Assembly (NCBI GenBank): GCA_029265905.1
Contig: JAJUGR010000008.1
Location: 12,194 to 76,193, forward strand
Direction: 5' to 3'
Length of the DNA stretch: 64,000 bases
DNA from: Sporomusaceae bacterium
GTDB lineage: Bacteria > Bacillota > Negativicutes > Acidaminococcales > JAJUGR01
Shown here: positions 17,808 to 26,325 of the stretch, one piece after another
Layout of the letters: every line of letters starts with the position of its first letter
Position numbering within the stretch: the stretch's first letter is position 1
Notes under the pieces: generated by a model
The model's database searches: none
What the model was told of the DNA's origin: nothing
Seen by the model: only the letters and a program-made list of their open reading frames with translations
Position numbers and translations under genes: made by a program

Positions 17808-19043
17808 ATGAAGTTCGAAATGGCTGGTTCGGTGTTGACCCTCATCTTCGATAACATTGGCACGATGACCCTGGCATCAGTACTCTTGCTCATTGGTTTC
17901 TGGGTCAAAAAGCAGGTATACGTGCTTGAGAAATTCTGCATACCGGCTCCTGTTGTTGGCGGCTTTATCTTCGTATTCATTAATTTCTTGTTCCATTTGA
18001 GCGGAACGGTGGCCTTTAAGTTTGACTCAACGTTTATGGGCGCCTTTATGCTGGCCTTTTTCACATCCGTCGGGTTGGGCACGAGCCTTAAAATTTTGCT
18101 GACCGGCGGCAAACTGCTGGTGGTTTATTGGCTGGTCAACGTCGGCGTAACGATTCTGCAGACCGGCATCGGCATCGGCCTGAGCCCGATCGCCGGCATG
18201 CATCCGGTATACGGCATCGTATCAGGGCCGGTGGCTTTGGTCGGCGGTCATGGCGGTGCGGCTGCCTACGGGCAAACGCTTGAGGCAATGGGCTTTCCCG
18301 GCGCCAGCCTAGTCGGGTTGTCAGCGGCGACGTTCGGCCTTGTTGCCGCCAGCCTGATTGGCGGGCCGCTCGGCAGACGCCTGGTTGTCGCTTATGACTT
18401 GAAACCGAGTGCTGACGAAGCTTTTGCTATCGATACCAGCGGTTATGACGAAAAGACGGCGCCAAAAGTTGACATGAATTACGCCAATACCATGAAAAAC
18501 ATCACTGCCCTGCTTGTTTCCATGACGCTGGGGTCGATCATCGTCGGCATCATCGGCAAGCAGATCGGCATGTCCATCCCGACTTATGTCGGCGCGATGT
18601 TCTTCGCCGTGCTGGTAAGAAACCTCAACGAGAAGTTCCATTTCTACGAATTCAGCATGGAGTTCAACGACAAATTAGGCGACGTTTGCTTGGGAATCTA
18701 CCTCTCCATGGCGCTCGTCACGCTCAAACTGTGGGAATTGGCTGGTTTGGCATTACCGCTTTTGATCGTGCTGGTTGTGCAGACCGTGGTGTTATTAGCC
18801 CTCACGTACTTCTTGATCTTCCGGATTCTTGGCAAGAATTACGACGCTGCGGTCATGTGCTCAGGCCTGATCGGCCATGATATCGGTTCGACGCCTACAG
18901 CGGTGGCAAACATGACGACGATCATGGACAAATACGGCCCGTCGCGCAAAGCGCTGATCATCGTTCCGATCGTGGGCGCCTTCCTCATCGACGTTTTCTA
19001 CCAGCCGTTTGTCGTGTACTGCATCAACCTTTACGGGAAATAA
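17808..19043 (+). CDS. gltS: sodium/glutamate symporter
   Basis: ~411-aa polytopic protein. Length, N-terminal LTLIFDNIGTMTLASVLLLIGFWV and the repeated GxxxG-rich helices match GltS (ESS family) as I remember it. ATG at 17808 (GTG 17799 is an alternative). Confidence 0.85.
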   Translation: MKFEMAGSVLTLIFDNIGTMTLASVLLLIGFWVKKQVYVLEKFCIPAPVVGGFIFVFINFLFHLSGTVAFKFDSTFMGAFMLAFFTSVGLGTSLKILLTGGKLLVVYWLVNVGVTILQTGIGIGLSPIAGMHPVYGIVSGPVALVGGHGGAAAYGQTLEAMGFPGASLVGLSAATFGLVAASLIGGPLGRRLVVAYDLKPSADEAFAIDTSGYDEKTAPKVDMNYANTMKNITALLVSMTLGSIIVGIIGKQIGMSIPTYVGAMFFAVLVRNLNEKFHFYEFSMEFNDKLGDVCLGIYLSMALVTLKLWELAGLALPLLIVLVVQTVVLLALTYFLIFRILGKNYDAAVMCSGLIGHDIGSTPTAVANMTTIMDKYGPSRKALIIVPIVGAFLIDVFYQPFVVYCINLYGK

Positions 19044-19095
19044 CCGGCAAATAAAAAGAAGTCCGCGAATGTGCGGACTTCTTTTTATTTGCCGG
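19044..19095. terminator. bidirectional terminator with 23-bp perfect stem
   Basis: CCGGCAAATAAAAAGAAGTCCGC (19044-19066) pairs with GCGGACTTCTTTTTATTTGCCGG (19073-19095). A/T runs lie inside the stem on both strands. It separates gltS from the convergent regulator gene. Confidence 0.8.
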
Positions 19096-19102
19096 CTGGT
19101 GA

Positions 19103-20416
19103 TCACTTATCAATTTTTTCAAATTCGATGATGCGGCTGGGGCGGCCGGTTGCGCCCACCATGCGGCTGCCGATCACGCGGCAAAAGCCGCTGGTGTCCA
19201 GACGTTCCAAAATGCGGTTCATGCGGCGCTGGCTGAGGCCGAGTAGGGCGGACAGTTCCTTGGCGGTAAAAGTGGTTTTGCCCATCTCTTCAATGAGTTC
19301 GACAAGTTGGTAGATGATGTTGACGCTCAGGCCGGACTTGACGGCCAATTCCTCCACTCCCGATTCCAGTGTTTCCACCCGCTTGCTTTGCGTACCCAGA
19401 TAGGTGATGGGATAGATGAACAGGTCTTCGTTCGCGACAAAGGCGCGGTCTCCGCCGGATTTTATCGCCTGAAACAACGCTTTTCGGGCGCCGGCATGGG
19501 CCTGGCGGATCGTGTTTCCGTAGCCGATTCCCAGGCTTACGGTGTTGAAGGTGTCGTTGCGAATATTGCTCAACAGGTCGATGTTTTTCAAATCATTTGT
19601 TTTGGCGGAAAAGACGTCTTCGGCGACAAACAGAACATAGCTTTCGTCCTTGGTTTCCAAAATGGCGGCGTTGATCCGCTCGGCGAATTCGTGGATATAG
19701 GTAAGCGTTTTAGCCTTTTCCATGATGTTTTTATATTCGTTTTCGCGGACAACGGAGTATTCTTTCGGTTCGTCAATATGAACTTGCAGGACGACCAGGT
19801 TGTTGCGCTGCGTGAACTTGAAAATGTAGTTCAGCTCGAGCTTGTGCAGGGTTTCCGCGATAATTTCGTACGTAGAGGCGATGTAGACGCTAGGCACGTT
19901 TCGTTTTCTTAATTCGACCCAGACGGAATGCAGGGCCGTCAGGCAACAGGAGACCTTCTGCTTGAGATAATACTGCTCGTGCTGGCGGACGATGCGCTCG
20001 AACTCCTGGCCCATCACGTCCCGCTGGACGCAGAACACGTTCGTTTGCTCGCTGGGAATGCCGATTTCGTCATACACGGTGTACATATCTTTTTCCGTGT
20101 AGCTGTCGATGCTGATGTTGGTAATCGAGCAGTGGTTGTGTTCGGCGATCAGGCAGGCGTACAGCAGCGCATGGATGCTGCGGGGCAAATAGTCGCTGAT
20201 GATGTCCGGATCAATGAATTTTTTGGCGGCAAAGTAAGGGGAAGTGCCAGTCAGCAAGATTGCGTCGCAGTCGTTGCTGTTGGTTTTTACCATTTGCGGC
20301 GCTTCCGTGTAGTGGCTGTAGATGCAGTTGATCGGGGTGATGCTGGGGAACTGGCTTTTGATAACGCGATTCACTTTGGCGACGATCGCCTCGTTGCCGA
20401 TGACCTTCAGGCGCAT
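19103..20416 (-). CDS. transcriptional regulator of uncertain family (GGDEF-like/PucR-CdaR-like middle domain, C-terminal HTH)
   Basis: 437 aa. The C-terminus FTAKELSALLGLSQRRMNRILERLDTSGF is a clear HTH. The central SLGIGYGNTIRQAHAGARKAL resembles the degenerate GGDEF-like domain of PucR/CdaR regulators. ATG at 20416 follows GGAGGAAA. Confidence 0.65.
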   Translation of the reverse strand: MRLKVIGNEAIVAKVNRVIKSQFPSITPINCIYSHYTEAPQMVKTNSNDCDAILLTGTSPYFAAKKFIDPDIISDYLPRSIHALLYACLIAEHNHCSITNISIDSYTEKDMYTVYDEIGIPSEQTNVFCVQRDVMGQEFERIVRQHEQYYLKQKVSCCLTALHSVWVELRKRNVPSVYIASTYEIIAETLHKLELNYIFKFTQRNNLVVLQVHIDEPKEYSVVRENEYKNIMEKAKTLTYIHEFAERINAAILETKDESYVLFVAEDVFSAKTNDLKNIDLLSNIRNDTFNTVSLGIGYGNTIRQAHAGARKALFQAIKSGGDRAFVANEDLFIYPITYLGTQSKRVETLESGVEELAVKSGLSVNIIYQLVELIEEMGKTTFTAKELSALLGLSQRRMNRILERLDTSGFCRVIGSRMVGATGRPSRIIEFEKIDK

Positions 20417-20607
20417 AGCGGTTTCCTCCACTTTTGGACAACTTTTGGCTCCTTTTTAGCTCCATTTATACGAGATATAATGACGCTGTGAAGAGACATA
20501 CTGTTCACAACTCTATGCCTAGTATTGTATCAGAAGGGGGATTGTGACGCAAAGCAACTTGTTCTTTTCACGGCAAACCGGATCATTTACAGAGGAGGGT
20601 GGATTGC

Positions 20608-21306
20608 ATGGATTTAAAGACAGTTATCAACAGCCCCGGCATGTGGCTGGCCTGCAGCCTAATGGTAATGGTGGTGATGGGGCAGTCGATCGTATTTTTG
20701 CGCGCGGCGTTTAAAGCAGCGCCCGGCATCGGCGTCAGCCGCGAACAGTGCTACACGGCCATGCGGTCTGCTGCTTACACGGCGATCGGACCGGCCTTGG
20801 GTCCGGTCATAATTCTTCTGGTGCTGATCGACACGCTGGGGGCGCCGATTGCCTGGATGCGGCTGTTGGACATCGGCGCTGCGCATACGGAACTGGTCGC
20901 CTCGACGCTGGGCGCGCAGGTGGCCGGCGTGGATTTGCGCTCGGCGGCGTTTGACTTAAAGGCGTTCAGCTATGCGCTGTGGGCCCAGGCGTTGAACAAC
21001 GTCGGCTGGATGGCGGTCACGCTCTTGGTTACGCCGAAAATGGGCGGTGCGGTATCGGCGCTCACTAAGAAAACGAATCCGCGCATGGTGGCCCTCTTGA
21101 TCGCCGGCGCAAGCTTAGGCCTGTTTTCCTTCTTGCTGGGCAACCAGCTGGTGAGCGGCAAAGCCGGCAATATTACGGCCGCCGTCGCTTCCGCCGTGGC
21201 TTTCTTGGCCATGGGGCTGGCCAGCAAAAACTACCCGCGGCTCCGCGAGTTTTCTCTGGGCTTGGCTATGGTGGTCGGTATTTTCGCCGCCCAGGCGATG
21301 CTGTAA
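20608..21306 (+). CDS. polytopic membrane protein, family not recognised (putative transporter subunit A)
   Basis: 232 aa with 5-6 hydrophobic helices. AGAGGAGGG RBS 8 nt upstream of ATG 20608. First gene of the operon divergent from the regulator. Confidence 0.65.
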   Translation: MDLKTVINSPGMWLACSLMVMVVMGQSIVFLRAAFKAAPGIGVSREQCYTAMRSAAYTAIGPALGPVIILLVLIDTLGAPIAWMRLLDIGAAHTELVASTLGAQVAGVDLRSAAFDLKAFSYALWAQALNNVGWMAVTLLVTPKMGGAVSALTKKTNPRMVALLIAGASLGLFSFLLGNQLVSGKAGNITAAVASAVAFLAMGLASKNYPRLREFSLGLAMVVGIFAAQAML

Positions 21307-21331
21307 GAACAGATTGTGAGGAGTGATCAGT

Positions 21332-22033
21332 ATGACGCCAAATGAAGCGTTTATTAAACAGTGTGTAAGAATCGGTACGATTACGTTGCTGCTGGGCATC
21401 GCGGCGAACTTTATTCCGGCGCTCTACCTGTGGTTCGGTCTTGGCGTGCACCCCCCGGTTGACGATGTGTTTAAAATCCTTGCCATTATCGCCTCGACGT
21501 ATGTGACAAGCTGGATTACACAGCCGATCACCTTTTTCCCCTTGCTTGGCACGACCGGCTCGTATGTGACCTGGCTGTCCGGCAGCGGCGCGGAAATCCG
21601 GACGCCGGCGTCCAACATGGCGCAAAAAGCCGCCGGCGTGGAGCAAGGGACGCCGGAGGGAAATGTCGTTTCGACGATCGGCGTGGCCACGTCCGTTTTT
21701 GTCTCGTTCGCAGTTGTAACGACGTTTGTTGTGGCCGGGCAATACCTGATGCCGCTGTTGCCGGCGTTTGTGAAGCAATCATTCGCCTTCCTGCTGCCGG
21801 CCGTGTTCGCCGCCGTCGTCGTGAACTTGGCGAAGGGCAACCTTGATCTGTGCGCGACGATCGTTGTGTTTGCAACGGCGACCATGTATGTGTTGAAGCA
21901 TTACGTCAAGATGCCGTCGTGGTTCGCCACCTTGTTTATTGTGATCATGGGCATTGTGTTCGGTTATATCAAGTACCGTATGACGCAGACTCCGGAGGAA
22001 AAAGCGGACGGACTCGTCGCTGAGGCCGAGTAA
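21332..22033 (+). CDS. polytopic membrane protein, family not recognised (putative transporter subunit B)
   Basis: 233 aa with about 6 hydrophobic helices. GAGGAG RBS 8 nt upstream of ATG 21332. It follows the previous gene by 25 nt. Confidence 0.65.
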   Translation: MTPNEAFIKQCVRIGTITLLLGIAANFIPALYLWFGLGVHPPVDDVFKILAIIASTYVTSWITQPITFFPLLGTTGSYVTWLSGSGAEIRTPASNMAQKAAGVEQGTPEGNVVSTIGVATSVFVSFAVVTTFVVAGQYLMPLLPAFVKQSFAFLLPAVFAAVVVNLAKGNLDLCATIVVFATATMYVLKHYVKMPSWFATLFIVIMGIVFGYIKYRMTQTPEEKADGLVAEAE

Positions 22034-22057
22034 GACGGACGAATATGACAGCAATTT

Positions 22058-22087
22058 CTTAGAGGCAGCAATCTTGCTGTCTCTAAG
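22058..22087 (+). other. intercistronic hairpin between the membrane-protein genes and the D-aminoacylase gene
   Basis: CTTAGAGGCAGCA pairs with TGCTGTCTCTAAG (13 bp, one mismatch, 4-nt loop). There is no T-run, so it is probably not a full terminator. Confidence 0.4.
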
Positions 22088-22116
22088 TCATGCAATAAAC
22101 AGTTTTATCGAGAAAG

Positions 22117-23754
22117 GTGATGAGCGACGTGTTTGATGTGAAAATTATCAACGGCCGCATTGCGGACGGCACCGGCAAGGAACTGTTTTTGGCGGACGTA
22201 GGGATTATCGGCGAGAAGATCGCGGCGATCGGCGACTTAAAGGATGAGGCGAGCAAGCAGACGGTTGACGCTGCCGGCAAGATCGTTGCGCCGGGCTTTA
22301 TCGATATGCACACCCATTCCGACTTGAGCCTGGTTTACGATCGGCGTGCGGCTTGCAAGATCCACGACGGCGTGACGACGGAGATTGTCGGCAACTGCGG
22401 AATCGGCGTGGCGCCGGTGAAAGCGGACAAAAAGCAGCTCTTGATTGACTACTTGGGCACGCGGATGATCGGCACGATTCCCGTAAAGCTGGAATTGCCA
22501 TGGGAAACTTGCCGCGAGTATTTCGAATTCGTTGAGCAGCAGCCGCCGGCCGTGAATCTCGTGCCGCTTTTGGCGCATGGCGCGGTGCGGATTGCCGCCA
22601 TGGGGTTTGACAAGCGAAAACCGACTGAAGAAGAACTGGCCGCGATGAAGGCTTATGTGGAGCAGGGCCTGGACGACGGCGTTGTCGGCCTTAGCTCCGG
22701 CCTGATTTATTTGCCGGGCGAGTACGCGGAGATACCGGAGTTTGCCGCGCTGTGCAAACTTGTGGCGGCCAGGGGCGGGATTTACACGACGCATATCCGC
22801 AACGAGAACGAAGGGATGTTTGAATCGCTCGAAGAAGCGCTGACGGTCGGCAAGGAATCCGGCGTGCCGGTGCATATTTCCCACATCAAGCTGAATTTGC
22901 CGCAGGTCTGGGGCCGGGCCGACGAAGTGCTGGCGCGCATCCAGCAGGCCAATGACGAAGGGCACGACACGACGTTTGACGTATACCCGTATACGGCCGG
23001 CTTCACGTCGCTGTCTTCGGCGCTGCCGCCCTGGGTGTTTGAAGGCGGCGTGCACAACATGATGGCGCGGCTCAAGGACGGCGAAGTGCGGGGCAAAATC
23101 ATCGCGGACATGAAGGCCGGCAGCCCGGGGCGCAAACTGTATTCGCTGGAAAACAAAATCTGGGATAAAATCGTCGTGGCGACGGTGCTGCGCGACGACA
23201 GCCGCCACATCGAGGGGATGAGCATTCAGGCGATTGCCGACGCGCGCGGCTATGACGATCCGTATGCGCTGGTGATTGATCTGCTGGTGGAGCAGGACGG
23301 CCGCGTGCTGATCGTTCACCACACGATGGCGGAAGCTGACCTGCAGAAGTTCCTCTGCCACCCGGCGTCGATCGTCATCTCCGACGGCATGGGGCTGGCG
23401 ACGGACGGAATTTTGTCGGGCGGCAAGCCGCATCCGCGCACATTCGGTTCGCGGGCGCGCGTGTTCGCCCGCTACGTCAAAGAGCTTGGCCTGCTGAGCT
23501 ACGAAGAGGCGGTGAAGAAAATGACCTATCTGCCGGCCAAGCGCCTGGGGCTGCGCGAACGGGGGCAACTGGCGGAAGGGTTCTTTGCCGACGTCGTCGT
23601 CATCAATCCGGCAACGGTTAAGGATTGCGCCACGTACGATGAACCAAAGCAGTACTCGGCAGGGTTTGACCAGGTGTTTGTCAACGGGCAGCTGGTTTTG
23701 GACGAAGGCCGGCAATTGGATGTCTATCCGGGCAAGGTCGTGTTGAAAAAATGA
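22117..23754 (+). CDS. N-acyl-D-amino-acid deacylase (D-aminoacylase family amidohydrolase)
   Basis: 545 aa. FDVKIINGRIADGTG...VAPGFIDMHTHSD (HxH metal site) plus the later motifs GIYTTHIRNE, VHISHIK and the C-terminal beta-sandwich extension are typical of D-aminoacylases. Confidence 0.88.
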   Translation: MMSDVFDVKIINGRIADGTGKELFLADVGIIGEKIAAIGDLKDEASKQTVDAAGKIVAPGFIDMHTHSDLSLVYDRRAACKIHDGVTTEIVGNCGIGVAPVKADKKQLLIDYLGTRMIGTIPVKLELPWETCREYFEFVEQQPPAVNLVPLLAHGAVRIAAMGFDKRKPTEEELAAMKAYVEQGLDDGVVGLSSGLIYLPGEYAEIPEFAALCKLVAARGGIYTTHIRNENEGMFESLEEALTVGKESGVPVHISHIKLNLPQVWGRADEVLARIQQANDEGHDTTFDVYPYTAGFTSLSSALPPWVFEGGVHNMMARLKDGEVRGKIIADMKAGSPGRKLYSLENKIWDKIVVATVLRDDSRHIEGMSIQAIADARGYDDPYALVIDLLVEQDGRVLIVHHTMAEADLQKFLCHPASIVISDGMGLATDGILSGGKPHPRTFGSRARVFARYVKELGLLSYEEAVKKMTYLPAKRLGLRERGQLAEGFFADVVVINPATVKDCATYDEPKQYSAGFDQVFVNGQLVLDEGRQLDVYPGKVVLKK

Positions 23755-23805
23755 GCATGCTTCGCCCTGGCGCTGCTTGCAGGGCCTGAAGCGTGCGGAC
23801 AAAGG

Positions 23806-23839
23806 AAGGCGCGTTGAAACGTACGTTTCAACGCGCCTT
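23806..23839. terminator. bidirectional terminator between D-aminoacylase and the convergent serine hydrolase gene
   Basis: AAGGCGCGTTGAAACG (23806-23821) pairs with CGTTTCAACGCGCCTT (23824-23839), followed by TGGTTTTT. Confidence 0.75.
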
Positions 23840-23845
23840 TGGTTT

Positions 23846-24619
23846 TTACTGCCTGCGCAGCGCATTATACAATTTAGCGGAAACGGAAGCGATGAAATCG
23901 CTGGAATATTCATGGTCGTCCGTGCTTGTGTAGAAGCTGATCAAAATGGGGTCGCGCCCGTCCTGGATGACGCCGACGTCGCACAGCACCTCGTCGAGCT
24001 CGCCGACCTTGTGCAGCACCGGCGTTTGCATGTAGCGCGGTATTTCATCCTGGAAAATGGTGTTGGCCAGGTGGTCTTTCAGCTGGCGGGCCTGCTTTTT
24101 GCTGATGTATTTTTCATTGTAAATGGTTTCAAACACTTTGCCCATTTCATAAGGCGTGGTGACGCTGTGGTAGCTGTAGCGTTCGAACGCCTTTTCGTCG
24201 TGGATCCTCGTTTTGCTCAGACGCAGGTCTTTTTCGACGCGGAGAAAGGCGTCCTGCTTAACCTCGTCGGCTTCGTCGAGCAGTTCCTTGAAGGTCTCGT
24301 TGTCGCTGACCCTGATCATCGGCTCGATGGCTTCTTCATATTCGGCCTGCTTGGCCGGCGTGGCTTTCGGATACAGGTATTTGTAGGTGGCGAGCGCTAC
24401 GACCAGCTTGCTGGTCGAGGCGGCGGGGAAGACTTCATCCTGGTTGAACTTGTAGGTTTTCCCCGTTTTTAAGTTTTTGGCATAGACGCCTACGCGTCCG
24501 TTAAATTGCTGCAAGTCTTTGGTGATTTCTTTTTCCAAGGCCTTTGGCGCCGCCCAAACGGTCGCGCCGGAACTGAGGACGAAGAACATAGCAACAGCGG
24601 CGATGATTTTTTTGAACAT
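23846..24619 (-). CDS. secreted class-A beta-lactamase-like serine hydrolase
   Basis: Signal peptide MFKKIIAAVAMFFVLSSGATVWA. S-x-x-K nucleophile motif (AASTSK), SDN (RVSDNE) and a late KVG (HKVGE) triad in class-A order. ATG at 24619 follows GGGGGA. The ORF-track start at 24877 is not RBS-supported. Confidence 0.8.
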   Translation of the reverse strand: MFKKIIAAVAMFFVLSSGATVWAAPKALEKEITKDLQQFNGRVGVYAKNLKTGKTYKFNQDEVFPAASTSKLVVALATYKYLYPKATPAKQAEYEEAIEPMIRVSDNETFKELLDEADEVKQDAFLRVEKDLRLSKTRIHDEKAFERYSYHSVTTPYEMGKVFETIYNEKYISKKQARQLKDHLANTIFQDEIPRYMQTPVLHKVGELDEVLCDVGVIQDGRDPILISFYTSTDDHEYSSDFIASVSAKLYNALRRQ

Positions 24620-24806
24620 ACTATCCCCCGGTTTCTTTTGTGATGAGCCCATTTTATCACACCCGCATCCGTAAAAGCAGTGACAATTTCTGACCGGACA
24701 ATAACATTTTCTGCTGCGGCGGGCCGGTTGGCACAGGGAAGTGGCAGGTTTATGGAGAAAACTATACGTCACGGTGAACCGTATTTCATGCTGAGGAGGA
24801 AAGACC

Positions 24807-26228
24807 GTGAAACAACAAGGGCTTTTTATTGCTGGGAAATGGACGATGACGCCGGAAAAAATTTCCGTGCTGAACAAGGCGACCGGCGAGGTCGCGGCCT
24901 ATGTTTCCGTGGCCGGAGAAACTGAGGTGACAGCCGCGGTCGATGCGGCGGAAGCGGCGTATAAGACTAGAAAGCTTGAACCGTATCAGCGCTACGAAAT
25001 CTTGCTGACGGCAAGCCTGCTGCTTAGGGAAAAACGTGACGAAATGGCGAAATTGCTCTGCGCGGAGGTCGGCAAGCCGTATAAGGAAGCCTTTGCTGAA
25101 GTAGGGCGGGCGGCTCAGACGCTGATGTTGTCGGCGGAGGAAGCAAAACGGCTCCAGGGCGATATGGTGCCGCTGGCCGGCGCGCCCGGCTGCGGCAACC
25201 GCCTGGCGTTTACGCTGCGCGTGCCGGTGGGGATTGTCTGCGCCATCACGCCGTTTAATTTCCCGCTGAACCTGGCTTGCCACAAAATCGGACCGGCGCT
25301 GGCGGCCGGCAACGCGGTGGTCTACAAGCCGGCCACCGCCACACCGCTGACGGCGGTCAAGCTGTGCGAGGTTTTTGCGGAAGCGGGGCTGCCGGACGGC
25401 TATTTGAATTTGCTGACGGGACCCGGCGGGCGACTGGGGGAACTGCTGGTGCGGGAGGCGCGGATCGGCTGCTACAGTTTTACCGGCAGCCCGGCGGTGG
25501 GCAAGCAGCTGCTCAAGGATGTCGGCATGCGCAAAGTAGCGCTGGAATTGGGCTCTAATTCGGCCAATATCGTTCACCACGACGCCATCTTGCAAACGGC
25601 GGCGGAAACGTGCGTGCGGCAAGCGTTTGCCAATGCGGGTCAGGTGTGCATTTCCTGCCAGCGCGTCTATGTTCATCGTTCCGTTTATGAAGACTTTTGC
25701 GCCAAGGCAACGGCTTATGCCAAGACGCTCAAGCTGGGCGATCCGCTTGATCCGAACACGGACATCGGACCGATGATCAGCGAGGCCGAGGCGGCGCGCG
25801 CCCACGCTTGGGTGGAGGAAGCCGCTCAGCAAGGGGCGCGGGTTCTGGTTGGCGGAAAGAGAAACGGCGCCTGGTTTGAGCCGACGATCCTGACACAGGT
25901 CACGCCGGCGATGAAGGTCAGTTGCCAGGAAGTGTTTGCGCCGATTTTTTCGATTGTCCCCTATGACGAGATTGGCGAAGCGATTGCCTTGGTCAACAAC
26001 TCGATGTACGGCCTGCAGGCCGGCGTGTTCACCAATTCCGTCGATGTCGCCTACCGCTGCGCGCGGGAGATCGAAGTGGGCGGCGTGATCATCAATGACG
26101 GCGCGACCTTCCGCACCGACAACATGCCGTACGGCGGCATCAAGGACAGCGGCATTGGCAAGGAAGGGCCGGAATATGCGATCAAAGAGATGACGGAGGA
26201 AAAGCTGGTTGTCTTCAATCTTGCCTGA
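24807..26228 (+). CDS. NAD(P)-dependent aldehyde dehydrogenase
   Basis: 473 aa. ALDH motifs FTGSPAVG, ELGSNSA (Glu site) and GQVCISCQR (catalytic Cys). GTG start lies 6 nt after GAGGAGGA. Confidence 0.9.
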   Translation: MKQQGLFIAGKWTMTPEKISVLNKATGEVAAYVSVAGETEVTAAVDAAEAAYKTRKLEPYQRYEILLTASLLLREKRDEMAKLLCAEVGKPYKEAFAEVGRAAQTLMLSAEEAKRLQGDMVPLAGAPGCGNRLAFTLRVPVGIVCAITPFNFPLNLACHKIGPALAAGNAVVYKPATATPLTAVKLCEVFAEAGLPDGYLNLLTGPGGRLGELLVREARIGCYSFTGSPAVGKQLLKDVGMRKVALELGSNSANIVHHDAILQTAAETCVRQAFANAGQVCISCQRVYVHRSVYEDFCAKATAYAKTLKLGDPLDPNTDIGPMISEAEAARAHAWVEEAAQQGARVLVGGKRNGAWFEPTILTQVTPAMKVSCQEVFAPIFSIVPYDEIGEAIALVNNSMYGLQAGVFTNSVDVAYRCAREIEVGGVIINDGATFRTDNMPYGGIKDSGIGKEGPEYAIKEMTEEKLVVFNLA

Positions 26229-26325
26229 GGCGCCCTTATCAGGACGGCGCAAACGTGTTACAGTATAAGATGTAGCCGTTGCGCTGTCAGGGCGGCGGCA
26301 TTGGCATGATGAAAGAGGGATACGG

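Noticed and set aside
22237-23913. Very long ORFs antisense to, or out of frame with, well-supported genes. Examples: 22237-23913 (558 aa, opposite D-aminoacylase), 24786-26252 (488 aa, opposite ALDH), 36212-37216, 37283-38350, 47897-49009, 52430-53497, 55236-56072, 45199-46173 and 15694-16533.
   Set aside because: These are typical shadow ORFs of GC-rich DNA. They lack RBS-supported starts, their translations are Arg/Ala/Gly/Pro/His-rich low-complexity strings with no motifs, and each overlaps a gene whose product has clear family signatures.
24729-24745. TGGCAC-aggga-AGTGG upstream of the aldehyde dehydrogenase gene.
   Set aside because: The -24 hexamer is perfect, but no -12 TTGC/TGC element follows at N5.
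26229-26325. preQ1 riboswitch expected upstream of queCDE.
   Set aside because: There is no short P1 hairpin followed by the A-rich ...AAAAAACUA/ACAAAA... tail characteristic of preQ1-I, and no preQ1-II/III features recognisable by eye.
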